Part shown: in pieces, positions 1 to 8,909 of the stretch | Numbering within the stretch: the stretch's first letter is position 1 | Layout of the letters: each line of letters opens with the position of its first letter | Origin: a candidate division WOR-3 bacterium | GTDB lineage: Bacteria; Hydrothermota; Tepidihabitantia; Tepidihabitantales; CAIPLT01 | Length of the DNA stretch: 64,000 nucleotides | NCBI GenBank assembly: GCA_039801505.1 | Contig: JBDRUV010000001.1 | Location: forward strand, 275,681-339,680 | Direction: 5' to 3' | The notes under the pieces: generated by a model | What the model was told of the DNA's origin: nothing | Seen by the model: only the letters and a program-made list of their open reading frames with translations | Database searches by the model: none | Position numbers and translations under genes: made by a program

Positions 1-3000
1 TCAGTCCAGATCTTAGGTAAGAATCTTCTTTCGAAGACGATCTATGTAAAGCCCCAAGTTTCTAAAACCTCTGAGATTAATCACGATGTTGGGATCTTAT
101 CCATCGATAGTCCACCTGCAGTCGTGGACTCGCCAGGGGTTCTTATTCCAAGAGTTAAAATATATAACTACGGATCCCATATTGAAACTGTCCTAGTAAT
201 CTGTCGTATTGCTGATTGGCAGTCAGACGATACCATAGTCCATTTTCTTCCCAATACTACGCGATTTGCGGTGTTTGACTCCCCATCCTGGATAGTTGGG
301 CCTCGGGGCTACTACACTGTAAAATGTAGTACTGGTTTACCAACTGACCAAAACCCAGCGAATGATACCTTGTCCAAGGAATTTCGGGTACGCGTTCGGG
401 ATGTCGGCGTGGCGGCAATTCTAAATCCGTCAGGCGATTTCGATTCGGTCTATCAAATTAGACCCAAGGCGCGTATTAAAAATTTCGGCACCGAGGCTGA
501 GTCGTTAAAGGTTTATTTCCGGATTGGGACATTTTTCGATGACACCATAATTACACTTCCCATGGGCGGCGACTCCTTGGATGTCGAGTTTGAGCCTTGG
601 CTGGTAAGGCGGGGTAGTTTTGTGGCGCGGTGTTCCACAAGTAATGCTAATGATGTTAATCCTAATAACGACTTCGTAGAATTACCCTTTCGCGTTCGAG
701 TCCATGATGTTGGCGTCTTAAATATTATACAGCCAATGGGGATTTTAGACTCCAGCTTAATTATACCCCAGGCCACAGTTATCAATTATGGAACCGAAAT
801 CGAGTCCTTTAATGTCCGGTTTTCCATTTGGGATTCTTTAGCGCATGAGGTTTGGGCTACCGACACTCAAGTTAGCTTAAATCCCGGGGAAATTCAACTG
901 GTGGAGTTGAGTCCATGGATAGCACAACGGGGCCGCTATCAAGCACGATGCCAAAGCATGTTAGGGTTGGATATGAACCGAGCCAACGATACTATTACCA
1001 CCAATTTTTCGATTGTGGTACGGGACTTAGCCGTATTAAGCATTAGTGAACCCACAGGCGCCCAAGACTCGACAGGAATAATTAGACCCCGAGCCTGGGT
1101 AAGGAACTTAGGTACCGAAGAAGCCCAGAATGTTGCGGTGCAGTGTTGGATTGCCGGTGTTGATTACGCTGATACGCAGGATATAAGTTTAGCGCCGTTA
1201 GATTCGACTGAGGTTATGTTTAGGCCCCTGGCCTTAAATATTCCTCGGGGAGTTTATACTCTTTATTGCCGGAGCGATTTAGAAAATGATTTACAACCAG
1301 CCAATGACGAGATCAGCACGAGCTTTACCGTCGAAGTAAGCGATATCGGGATAATTGATATTATCTCCCCAGAGCTGGTGGTGGAATCGACCGCAACTTT
1401 ACGACCCCGGGTGCGGGTAAAAAATCTTGGCACCAGAGATGAAACTTTTGAGGTGGTCTTTCGGATTGGGGACTGGCGGCAAAGCCGGGAAGTCTCGGCC
1501 CTGGTGCCTGATAATGAAGAGCTTGTTGAGTTTGATAACTGGATTATACCGGTGCGAGGTAATTATCTGGCTCAGTGTAGCCTTTGCTTATCTCGAGATT
1601 TAGTTAAGAGCAACGATACCCTCAGTAAAGAGTTTCAAGTGATTGTGCGCGATTTCGCAATTTCGGGCATCTGGCCTGAAGATAGCACAGTGTATCTTAA
1701 CACGACAATTACCCCTCGAGCTCGAGTTACAAATCTGGGCTCAACCGATGAGTCGGATGTTTTGGTGCGCTGTTATATTCCGAATACAAGTTATTATGCC
1801 GAGCGCACAGTTAGCTTGGCTTGTGGTCAAGAAGCCAATATAACCTTTGATGATTGGCTGATTAACTTGCCTGACGGTCGATATCAGCTTGTGGCCCGTG
1901 CTTACTTGAATCGGGATTGTGTGCCGGTTAATGACAGTGATAGCACCTCTCTCTATGTGATTGTGCCCGGCTGGATTATCCAAGAGAGTGTGCCGGTTGG
2001 TTATGAAATTAAAGATGGCGGCGCTCTTACTAGCCTAGATAATAAAATCTATGCGCTAGTGGGTGGTAATACCAATTATTTTCTAATGTATGATCTTAAC
2101 GACGCCCGATGGCGCGCGAGATGCTCGTTACCGTTTGCGATTAGTCCTTCAGGTCAGTTAGTAAAAAAGCGCGTGAAAGCCGGTGGTGCACTAACTGCAG
2201 CTTCTGGTATGATATACGCCTTTAAGGGCAATAATACCACAGAGTTCTGGGCTTATGATCCGGCAAGAGATTCATGGATACCCAAGGCCCCAATACCAGA
2301 ATTTGCGTCTGCTACGATGGGAACTCGAAAACGCGTAAAAAGTGGCGCAAGCCTTGTGACAATTCAGGACTCAATCTATGCCCTTAAGGGTGGTAACTCA
2401 GAAGAGTTCTGGGTGTATGATGTGTGTCTCGATACCTGGTATGCAAGGCGCAGCCTCATCGGTCCGGGTGGCAAGAAACCTAAAGCCGGTGCTGCCCTGA
2501 CCACGGTGGGGGGGACGGTGTATGCCCTGTTAGGTGGCAATACTTGTTATTTCTATCAGTATCTTCCTGGTTTAGACAGTTGGGTCAGAAAAGCTGATGC
2601 CCGATTTGGTGATGAGCGAAGTGTGAAACGAAAACTCAAAGATGGTGCGTGTCTGGCCGCCTGGCAACGATATATCTTAGCCTTCAAAGGCGGCAATACC
2701 AAAGACTTTGGCTGCTATGATATTGACCGAGACACCTGGTTTACCTTAGATACTATCCCGGGCAATCAAAAGATTAAAGCTGGCGGTGCCTTAGTCACGG
2801 TGGGCAATTTAGTATATGCGATAAAAGGTGGCCGGAGTCGGGAGTTCTGGCGTTATGCTCTAATGCCAAGCGTTTTGACCTCGTTAGATCAACCAATACC
2901 AACTGTTCAAGCAACTAACCGGCAAAATGTTAACCATAATCCCGTGGTGATTCAGTTAAATAATCGTCAATTACTCGTAAAACTCCATTTACTAGCACCA

Positions 3001-3183
3001 ACCCAATTGAAAATTGCTTTATATAATGCGATTGGTCAAAAAGTAGCTCTCATTGGAGATGAGCAGTTCTCACCTGGTGAACACAAGCTACAGGTTTCCC
3101 TGCGAAATCTCTCTAGCGGTGTTTACTATCTTAAACTTCAAACTCCGACGGCAAACTATACAGCCAAGGCGGTGCTTAAATAA
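1..3183 (+). CDS. Large T9SS cargo surface protein, 5' partial. The frame is open to nt 1 and the pre-124 residues continue the repeat pattern. About 8 CARDB-like ~100-aa repeats, then 6 Kelch-type beta-propeller blades, then a Por/T9SS C-terminal sorting domain
   Basis: Open reading frame from nt 1 with no upstream stop; the reported GTG at 124 has no signal peptide. Repeats share RVRDxGV..I..P....DS...I.PRA.V.N.G and end in C.S.L..D..P.ND. Six GG(A/S)L...IYA.KGGN..EFW.YD blades. C-terminal LKL..YNAIGQKVALI...GEHKLQV...LSSGVYYLKL matches the T9SS type A sorting domain. Confidence 0.6.
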   Translation, partial: SVQILGKNLLSKTIYVKPQVSKTSEINHDVGILSIDSPPAVVDSPGVLIPRVKIYNYGSHIETVLVICRIADWQSDDTIVHFLPNTTRFAVFDSPSWIVGPRGYYTVKCSTGLPTDQNPANDTLSKEFRVRVRDVGVAAILNPSGDFDSVYQIRPKARIKNFGTEAESLKVYFRIGTFFDDTIITLPMGGDSLDVEFEPWLVRRGSFVARCSTSNANDVNPNNDFVELPFRVRVHDVGVLNIIQPMGILDSSLIIPQATVINYGTEIESFNVRFSIWDSLAHEVWATDTQVSLNPGEIQLVELSPWIAQRGRYQARCQSMLGLDMNRANDTITTNFSIVVRDLAVLSISEPTGAQDSTGIIRPRAWVRNLGTEEAQNVAVQCWIAGVDYADTQDISLAPLDSTEVMFRPLALNIPRGVYTLYCRSDLENDLQPANDEISTSFTVEVSDIGIIDIISPELVVESTATLRPRVRVKNLGTRDETFEVVFRIGDWRQSREVSALVPDNEELVEFDNWIIPVRGNYLAQCSLCLSRDLVKSNDTLSKEFQVIVRDFAISGIWPEDSTVYLNTTITPRARVTNLGSTDESDVLVRCYIPNTSYYAERTVSLACGQEANITFDDWLINLPDGRYQLVARAYLNRDCVPVNDSDSTSLYVIVPGWIIQESVPVGYEIKDGGALTSLDNKIYALVGGNTNYFLMYDLNDARWRARCSLPFAISPSGQLVKKRVKAGGALTAASGMIYAFKGNNTTEFWAYDPARDSWIPKAPIPEFASATMGTRKRVKSGASLVTIQDSIYALKGGNSEEFWVYDVCLDTWYARRSLIGPGGKKPKAGAALTTVGGTVYALLGGNTCYFYQYLPGLDSWVRKADARFGDERSVKRKLKDGACLAAWQRYILAFKGGNTKDFGCYDIDRDTWFTLDTIPGNQKIKAGGALVTVGNLVYAIKGGRSREFWRYALMPSVLTSLDQPIPTVQATNRQNVNHNPVVIQLNNRQLLVKLHLLAPTQLKIALYNAIGQKVALIGDEQFSPGEHKLQVSLRNLSSGVYYLKLQTPTANYTAKAVLK

Positions 3184-3207
3184 GCTAGTTTTGCGACACT
3201 TTAAGCA

Positions 3208-5691
3208 TTAGGCCAGACCGCCCTTATAGCGGTCTTTGAGTTCAGCCTTCTTGCCGAGATTCCAACCTGATACCCGCGAAAAATAACCTGTGACCCGTGT
3301 GATATGTTCTACATCGGTAGAATGACAATAGGGGCATTCGTCACGTAAACCCCGGCTAGTCCGAAAGCAGCTATTACATGAGGTAAACTCTGGAGAAAAG
3401 GTAATCTGGGCATTGCGGGTATTATAGAAAGTTTTGGTTACAAAGTTGGCGATTGTCTTGGGGGCTGGTTTACTATCGGCCAGCCAGATATGCGTTAAGG
3501 CTCCGGCTTCAATCAGATCATGGAACCGGCCTTCTTTTTCCACCCGTTCGATTGGATCGATTGGCAGACTGATATTAAGATAGGTCGAGTTAGTATAATA
3601 AACGGCTTTTTCTCTAAGATTACCTTTAAGAACCCGCGAGGCTTGATTGGGATAATATTCTAAGTCTAATAAGGCAAACCGATAAGCCGTGGACTCGGCT
3701 GGAGTCTGTTCTAAAACAAATCTCATTCCATATTCGCGTGATAATCTTCGCACCTCAGTATTTAGAAATGCGATGGTTTTAAGCCCAAATTTATAGGCCT
3801 CTTCATCTTCATGAAGTTCTTTGCCTAAATGATATTCAACCATCTCATTTAAGCCCAAGATGCCAATAAGATAAGTTGCCCGATGCATTCTGAGATAAGG
3901 TTCACCATCTCGGTCCATAGTGAGAAGGGCTAAAGGTCCGTTCTGCTTTAAGTCTAAGAGTTGAGTTAAAAATCTTCGTTTTTCGATATGAGCCTTAATT
4001 GCCAAATTGAGCTGGCGTTTAATTTCACTAAAGAGCCGTTCGTCGTCGTAATTAGCAATATAAGCAGCTCGGGGTAGATTTAGCGTTACATTCTGGATGG
4101 CAGAATAGCGCATCTTCCAGGGAGTCTGAGCATCTTCTAGGTCAGCTTGTTCTAACTTAAAAGACAGCCGGCAGCACTCAGAAATTTTTGCGGTATTGCC
4201 GCGGTCAAACACAAAATAAGTATTACCCTTCTCGGAAGCCACAAGACTGATGAGATCTAAGAATTCTTCCCATCCTTCGGTTTGGAAAAATCGTTCGGTA
4301 ATGTGCACTAAGGGCTTTGGGAAGAAAAACGGCCGGCCGGTGCCGTCGCCTTCTAAATATACCTGAAAGATTGCCTTAAGAAACTTTTGGGCATAAGGCA
4401 GATATTCAGCATAAGTTTTACCGGTATATTCGCCACCGGGCCCAATTGCTGGAGTATTTTCAAAGTGTTTTGGTATTTCCCAGTATAGATTAATATCAGA
4501 AAAAATTGCCTGGCCACCCCGCGCCACATTCTGTTGGGAGTATTCAAAAATTAGCATTTGGGCTAATTGGTAGAGATCTCGCTCAGGCATGCCAACCAAA
4601 AATGGAGCAAAATACAGATTAACCGCATCCCATCCGATTGCTCCAGCAAAATGCCCTTGAAGGGCCGCGGAAAATTTCACCATGTGGGCCAATAACGTCT
4701 CAGGATGGCGAGCCGGTTTCGCAATTGATAACGCCGAGGGGAGACTTAAGCCAAACTTTTTTACATACTCTAGGGATTGCCCAGAACAGTATGGCCGGTC
4801 AATAAATCCCAAGTCATGAAGATGAATATCACCACGACGATGAGCTTCGGCAATTTCTTCAGAGAAAACTCTAGTAAGCGCAAATTGTTTTTTTATCGAC
4901 TCGGCCAAGGTCATATTAGTAGCCTCTGGGCTGTGTGGAGTATTGGCATTCTCTTTGTTGGGATACATAAGAATTTTTTCTACATCATAGAGTGGCACAC
5001 CCAATCGGGAATGGAACTTCTGGGTTTCGCTTAGGCCGTGTTCGATTAACTTAGCGTTAACAACTTCTCGAATTAAACTTGAGGTTAAATATTTTACGCC
5101 CGAAGAGATGATAACATCTTCAACCTCTCGAGCAATTTTATCGGCCAGGCTAGGCGCCAGTTCAGCCTCTCTGATAAGAGCATTAATGATTCGATTACGG
5201 TCCCAATGAATAATTCGTTCATCCGAAGTACGGACAAATAATGCAAACTCTGTGGCCTCGGGTACTACGGCACTCTGAGCCTTTTGGAGCAGACGTTTTT
5301 TGCGCAGTTGAGCCCGTCGTTCCCGATACAGAATAAATGCCTTAGCGGTTTTGGCGTGGCCTTCTTCAATTAAGACTTTTTCAATCGCATCTTGGATTTC
5401 TTCAATATGCGGAATTTTAGGGGCATCCTGAAATTTTTCAATTAAATACGCAATGACTTTATCGGCCAATTTTTGAGCGGTCTCGCGATCTTCACCACCA
5501 ACCGAGCGTGCAGCCTTAAAAATGGCATTAACAATTTTGTCTTTATTAAACTCATGAATCTTTCCGTCCCGCTTTTTTACATAACGGAAAAATGTTTTAG
5601 TTTCTACTGGTTTAGATTTTACTGTCTGACTTATTGGAATTTCCCCGGAAGTATTATCTAGACTAGAATTATTATTGATTTCTGAAGTCAT
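3208..5691 (-). CDS. nrdD: Anaerobic ribonucleoside-triphosphate reductase (class III RNR), with N-terminal ATP-cone
   Basis: 827 aa. C-terminal glycyl-radical motif RVTGYFSRV is preceded by a CxxC...CPYC zinc ribbon. N-terminal ATP-cone (VKKRDGKIHEF). Overlaps the nrdR stop by 4 bp. Confidence 0.9.
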   Translation of the reverse strand: MTSEINNNSSLDNTSGEIPISQTVKSKPVETKTFFRYVKKRDGKIHEFNKDKIVNAIFKAARSVGGEDRETAQKLADKVIAYLIEKFQDAPKIPHIEEIQDAIEKVLIEEGHAKTAKAFILYRERRAQLRKKRLLQKAQSAVVPEATEFALFVRTSDERIIHWDRNRIINALIREAELAPSLADKIAREVEDVIISSGVKYLTSSLIREVVNAKLIEHGLSETQKFHSRLGVPLYDVEKILMYPNKENANTPHSPEATNMTLAESIKKQFALTRVFSEEIAEAHRRGDIHLHDLGFIDRPYCSGQSLEYVKKFGLSLPSALSIAKPARHPETLLAHMVKFSAALQGHFAGAIGWDAVNLYFAPFLVGMPERDLYQLAQMLIFEYSQQNVARGGQAIFSDINLYWEIPKHFENTPAIGPGGEYTGKTYAEYLPYAQKFLKAIFQVYLEGDGTGRPFFFPKPLVHITERFFQTEGWEEFLDLISLVASEKGNTYFVFDRGNTAKISECCRLSFKLEQADLEDAQTPWKMRYSAIQNVTLNLPRAAYIANYDDERLFSEIKRQLNLAIKAHIEKRRFLTQLLDLKQNGPLALLTMDRDGEPYLRMHRATYLIGILGLNEMVEYHLGKELHEDEEAYKFGLKTIAFLNTEVRRLSREYGMRFVLEQTPAESTAYRFALLDLEYYPNQASRVLKGNLREKAVYYTNSTYLNISLPIDPIERVEKEGRFHDLIEAGALTHIWLADSKPAPKTIANFVTKTFYNTRNAQITFSPEFTSCNSCFRTSRGLRDECPYCHSTDVEHITRVTGYFSRVSGWNLGKKAELKDRYKGGLA

Positions 5692-6155
5692 TTACACTCC
5701 TTTCTTATTTTTTGTAATTTGTTTAATTCTACGGTAAACTCCTCGATACTTTGAAACCGTCGATAAACCGACGCGAATCGCACATAAGCCACTTCATCAA
5801 TATTGATCAATTTATTTAATACCCGTTCCCCTAGTTCTTTAGATTCCACTTCTAATTTATACTCATCAGCCAGTTCTTCTTCGATTTCGGAAACCAACTT
5901 TTCAATCGTCTCCTGGCTTACCGGTCGTTTATTACAGGCCAGAGCAATACCCCGGATTAGCTTTTCCCGGTCATAGGCTTCCCGGCGGCCGTCGCTTTTA
6001 ATGATCATTAACGGCACCCGCTCCACATACTCATAAGTTGTAAAGCGGCGCTGACATTCCAGGCATTCTCGACGCCGCCGGACCGCTGAACCATCACGTG
6101 TTGGTCGCGAATCTAACACCCGGTCATTATCTTTATAGCAATAAGGACACTTCAT
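5688..6155 (-). CDS. nrdR: Transcriptional repressor NrdR (zinc ribbon plus ATP-cone)
   Basis: MKCPYC...DSRP...RRRRECLECQRRFTTYE matches NrdR exactly. 155 aa, directly upstream of nrdD. Confidence 0.9.
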   Translation of the reverse strand: MKCPYCYKDNDRVLDSRPTRDGSAVRRRRECLECQRRFTTYEYVERVPLMIIKSDGRREAYDREKLIRGIALACNKRPVSQETIEKLVSEIEEELADEYKLEVESKELGERVLNKLINIDEVAYVRFASVYRRFQSIEEFTVELNKLQKIRKECK

Positions 6156-6199
6156 ATTGTATTGGTTAAATTTTATTACCTAGATATTGTATTGTCAAG
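6154..6199 (-). promoter_or_regulatory. nrdR promoter, TTGACA-17-TAAAAT on the minus strand. Two direct repeats of CAATACAATAT lie 30 bp apart, one in the spacer and one over the start codon; these are candidate NrdR operator sites
   Basis: Reverse complement of 6150-6200 reads TTGACAatacaatatctaggtaaTAAAATttaaccaatacaatATG. The repeated 11-mer has the 30-31 bp phasing typical of tandem NrdR boxes. Confidence 0.35.
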
Positions 6200-6356
6200 A
6201 GTAAAATTTTTTACCCCGGGGTGAAAGAATGCTGATAAAATCAAGCTAATTGGGCTATCATTTTTAACTTGATGTTATTTTGGGAAATTTTTTTATAAGG
6301 GGGAATAGGGTTAGGCTTCAGGGTTTATTTATTTTGTGCGACATATAAAAAGTTAG

Positions 6357-6385
6357 TTGACAATTGAAACTGGTTATAGTATCAT
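6357..6385 (+). promoter_or_regulatory. sigma70-type promoter for the NSS transporter gene (TTGACA-17-TATCAT)
   Basis: TTGACA at 6357-6362, 17-bp spacer, TATCAT at 6380-6385. A GGAGG SD sits 6 nt before the ATG at 6414. Confidence 0.4.
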
Positions 6386-6413
6386 TACAGCAAAAATTTT
6401 TATGGAGGCGAAA

Positions 6414-7889
6414 ATGACTGAGACTTGGCAAAGTCGGACATCTTTTATTTTGGCCTCTATTGGTTCAGCCATTGGACTTGGGAATATCTGGCGATTTCCT
6501 TATATCTGTTATGCGAATGGTGGAGGGGCATTTTTAATACCCTATTTTATTGCCTTGTTTACGGCCGGAATTCCGTTGATGATTTTAGAATTCTCCCTCG
6601 GACACTACTTTAGCGCCCCGGCACCGATGGCCTTAGGCAGGGTCCGTAGACCGTTTGAAGTTTTAGGATGGTTTGCCTTGTTGGTCGGCTTTGGAATTTG
6701 TACCTACTATGCGGTGGTGATGGGGTGGTGTTTCGATTATCTGGGCTTAGCGATAAAAAAAGCTTGGGGCGAGAATACCCAGGAATTTTTCTTCAATAAT
6801 TTCTTAAAAATCTCCTCCGGTCCTTTAGAGATCGGTTCTATCCAAGGTTGGATCGTTTTAGGACTTATTCTTTCCTGGATCTGGATTATAGCTTGCATCT
6901 GGAAAGGTCCAACCACAGTCGGTAAGGTGGTCTATTTTACGGTGACGATCCCTTGGATAATATTAATTGTGTTTGTTATTCGTGGGGTAACTTTGCCGGG
7001 GGCAATTGAAGGGCTTAAGTTTTATCTAACTCCCAACTTCTCTAAGCTCTTAGATTATAAGGTCTGGCTCAATGCCTACTCCCAGGTCTTTTTCTCACTT
7101 ACGATTGGATTTGGAGTTCAGATCACTTATGCCAGTTGTCTCCCGAAGAAAGCTGATGTAATCAATAATGCCTTTTTAATAAGTTTAGCTGATGCTGCGA
7201 CCGCCTTTATTGGTGGTTTTGCTGTCTTTGCCACTCTGGGCTATTATGCGCTGAAAACCGGCCTACCGGTTGAGAGAGTTGTAGCCTCTGGTCCGCAACT
7301 GGCTTTTGTGACCTATCCGACAATTATTAATTTACTACCAATCGGTTCAATAGTATTTGGGGTATTATTCTTTGTGATGCTTCTGACCCTAGGAATTGAC
7401 TCAGCCTTTTCCTTAGTCGAAGCCGGGGCGGCCGGGATTAAAGAGAAGTTTAACCTAGATCGAACAAAAGTAAATATTGGCTTTGGCATCGTAGCCTTAT
7501 TAATTGGAATCATCTATACTACCCGGGGTGGCCTGTATTGGCTAGATATCGTGGACTATTTTATGAACAATTTTGGCTTAATGATTGTGGCACTGCTTCA
7601 ATGTATCTTTATTGGGTATTTCTATAATCTGCGGTCGCTTAGAGATTATGCCAATAATCAGTCCGATTTTAGTATTGGTCCTTGGTGGGATTTTTGTATT
7701 AAGTTTCTTACCCCAGTCGTGTTGGTATTTTTGGTGGCCTCAAATATTATCGATCGTCTACGGTCTTCCTATGGTAATTATCCACGCATTGCTGAGTTTT
7801 TGGGTGGTTGGCTTCTGGTTATATTATTTTTAATCGTTTCTGGAATCCTTTATCACCAAAAGCAGTCTAATAAAATAAAAAGACATTAA
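6414..7889 (+). CDS. Neurotransmitter:sodium symporter (NSS/SNF) family transporter
   Basis: GSAIGLGNIWRFPY...NGGGAFLIPY signature, ~12 TM helices. The longest ORF begins at 6357, but this is placed inside the promoter, so the start was trimmed to the SD-preceded ATG at 6414. Confidence 0.85.
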   Translation: MTETWQSRTSFILASIGSAIGLGNIWRFPYICYANGGGAFLIPYFIALFTAGIPLMILEFSLGHYFSAPAPMALGRVRRPFEVLGWFALLVGFGICTYYAVVMGWCFDYLGLAIKKAWGENTQEFFFNNFLKISSGPLEIGSIQGWIVLGLILSWIWIIACIWKGPTTVGKVVYFTVTIPWIILIVFVIRGVTLPGAIEGLKFYLTPNFSKLLDYKVWLNAYSQVFFSLTIGFGVQITYASCLPKKADVINNAFLISLADAATAFIGGFAVFATLGYYALKTGLPVERVVASGPQLAFVTYPTIINLLPIGSIVFGVLFFVMLLTLGIDSAFSLVEAGAAGIKEKFNLDRTKVNIGFGIVALLIGIIYTTRGGLYWLDIVDYFMNNFGLMIVALLQCIFIGYFYNLRSLRDYANNQSDFSIGPWWDFCIKFLTPVVLVFLVASNIIDRLRSSYGNYPRIAEFLGGWLLVILFLIVSGILYHQKQSNKIKRH

Positions 7890-7894
7890 AATTT

Positions 7895-8035
7895 ATGCCG
7901 ATATTAGCTTGGATAGTATTAATTTTTGCGGTGGTGATCTTGTTCGGCGGCATTATTTATTCCCTAATAAAGATGCGAAATCCCAATCCGAAACAAGGAA
8001 TTAAACCCGGTAAAGGAGGTAACCAAGCCTGTTGA
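7895..8035 (+). CDS. 46-aa single-TM protein immediately downstream of the NSS transporter; possible small accessory subunit (MetS-like arrangement)
   Basis: ATG 6 nt after the transporter stop. MPILAWIVLIFAVVILFGGIIYSLIKMRNPNPKQGIKPGKGGNQAC has a hydrophobic helix plus a basic tail. Absent from the ORF track because it is under 60 aa. Confidence 0.35.
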   Translation: MPILAWIVLIFAVVILFGGIIYSLIKMRNPNPKQGIKPGKGGNQAC

Positions 8036-8056
8036 GGATGCCAAACTGGTAAACCT

Positions 8057-8085
8057 CGGTAGGGGATACGGTCCCCCGGACGGCG
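8057..8085 (+). repeat. GC-rich hairpin element, copy A (CGGTAGGGGATACGGTCCCCCGGACGGCG)
   Basis: Shares GGTAGGGG and TACGGTCCCCC with copy E at 45104. GC-rich island in an AT-rich spacer. Confidence 0.45.
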
Positions 8086-8587
8086 TCATCTTAGCGCGAC
8101 ATAAGTCTGTAGTTTGGGAATTTGGGCGAAGATTCAATCATATTAGTGTGGACTATCCCCTTAAGAATCTTCACCTGACACTTGAGACTTTATTTAGTAC
8201 ATTATTAGTGAGGTTAGTGACGCTCAGCCATATTATGGTTGGCCATTTCCTGAGAACCTCAAAACCCTTAGTTAAAGTTGCTACCCGAAGTCAAACCAAG
8301 AAGTTTACTATATATAGTGTAGTTAATAATTAACCACAATAAACGGAGGGCTAAGGGCGCTTTTCTGTAGTCACCTAGCGATCTGTTAGTTATCTAAACA
8401 AGACCAGCTAACTAGAGGGATATTGTCGTAACTATTTGGCTTATAAGATATTATAATAAATTGATTTAAGTTATTGGTAATTAATACGTTATGCTCAAGG
8501 TATTGCTTGATGACCGGTTGAGGGGTAATGGTATATATATTGGTCGTGGATTTATGAGGTCGGCTTTTTGGGCCGGGCTATTTTTGA

Positions 8588-8685
8588 GTAAAAGTATATA
8601 TAGATGGCGAGTTTTTACATCAAAAGTATATATGTAGGTGATGAGTTTTACCTCAAAAGTATATATAGGTAAAAGTATATATACT
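8588..8685 (+). repeat. Iteron-like array: four AAAAGTATATATA repeats arranged as about 2.5 tandem copies of a 33-bp unit (CAAAAGTATATATGTAGGTGATGAGTTTTACCT)
   Basis: Direct repeats at 8590, 8625, 8658 and 8671, plus a related GGTATATATATTGG at 8530. Lies upstream of the first AAA+ ATPase gene. Confidence 0.5.
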
Positions 8686-8909
8686 GTCGTAAGAGAGGCG
8701 GTAAAAATGCCAACGAGGGTTAGCACAACACCGCTAATGGCGGTTATGAATCATAAAAACCCAGAAAGGGGGTATGGATGGTGTAAGTATCAATCTAAAA
8801 GAAATCTTAATTTAACCAGAAAGGGGGTGAAAACATGGATTTTAGGGCTAGTATTTGATTCCGGGAATGTAACTCCCAATATACCACAAAGAAAGGAGGG
8901 AAAGAGAAA

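Noticed and set aside
124-3183. GTG start at 124 for the big surface protein
   Set aside because: The frame is open to nt 1 and the upstream residues continue the CARDB repeat. The proposed N-terminus has no signal peptide, although T9SS cargo needs one. The gene is 5'-partial.
8330-8480. Possible structured ncRNA (RNase P / SRP / tmRNA / 6S) in the 550-nt non-coding stretch after the small ORF
   Set aside because: None of the conserved core words were seen (RNase P GGAAAGTCCGGGCT, tmRNA GGGGGTTCGAATCCCCC 3' end, SRP GGAAGCAGCCAAGG). I left it unannotated.
8588-8685. CRISPR array
   Set aside because: The repeats are only 13 bp with irregular 0-22 bp spacers, and there are no cas genes. It is an iteron-type array, not CRISPR.
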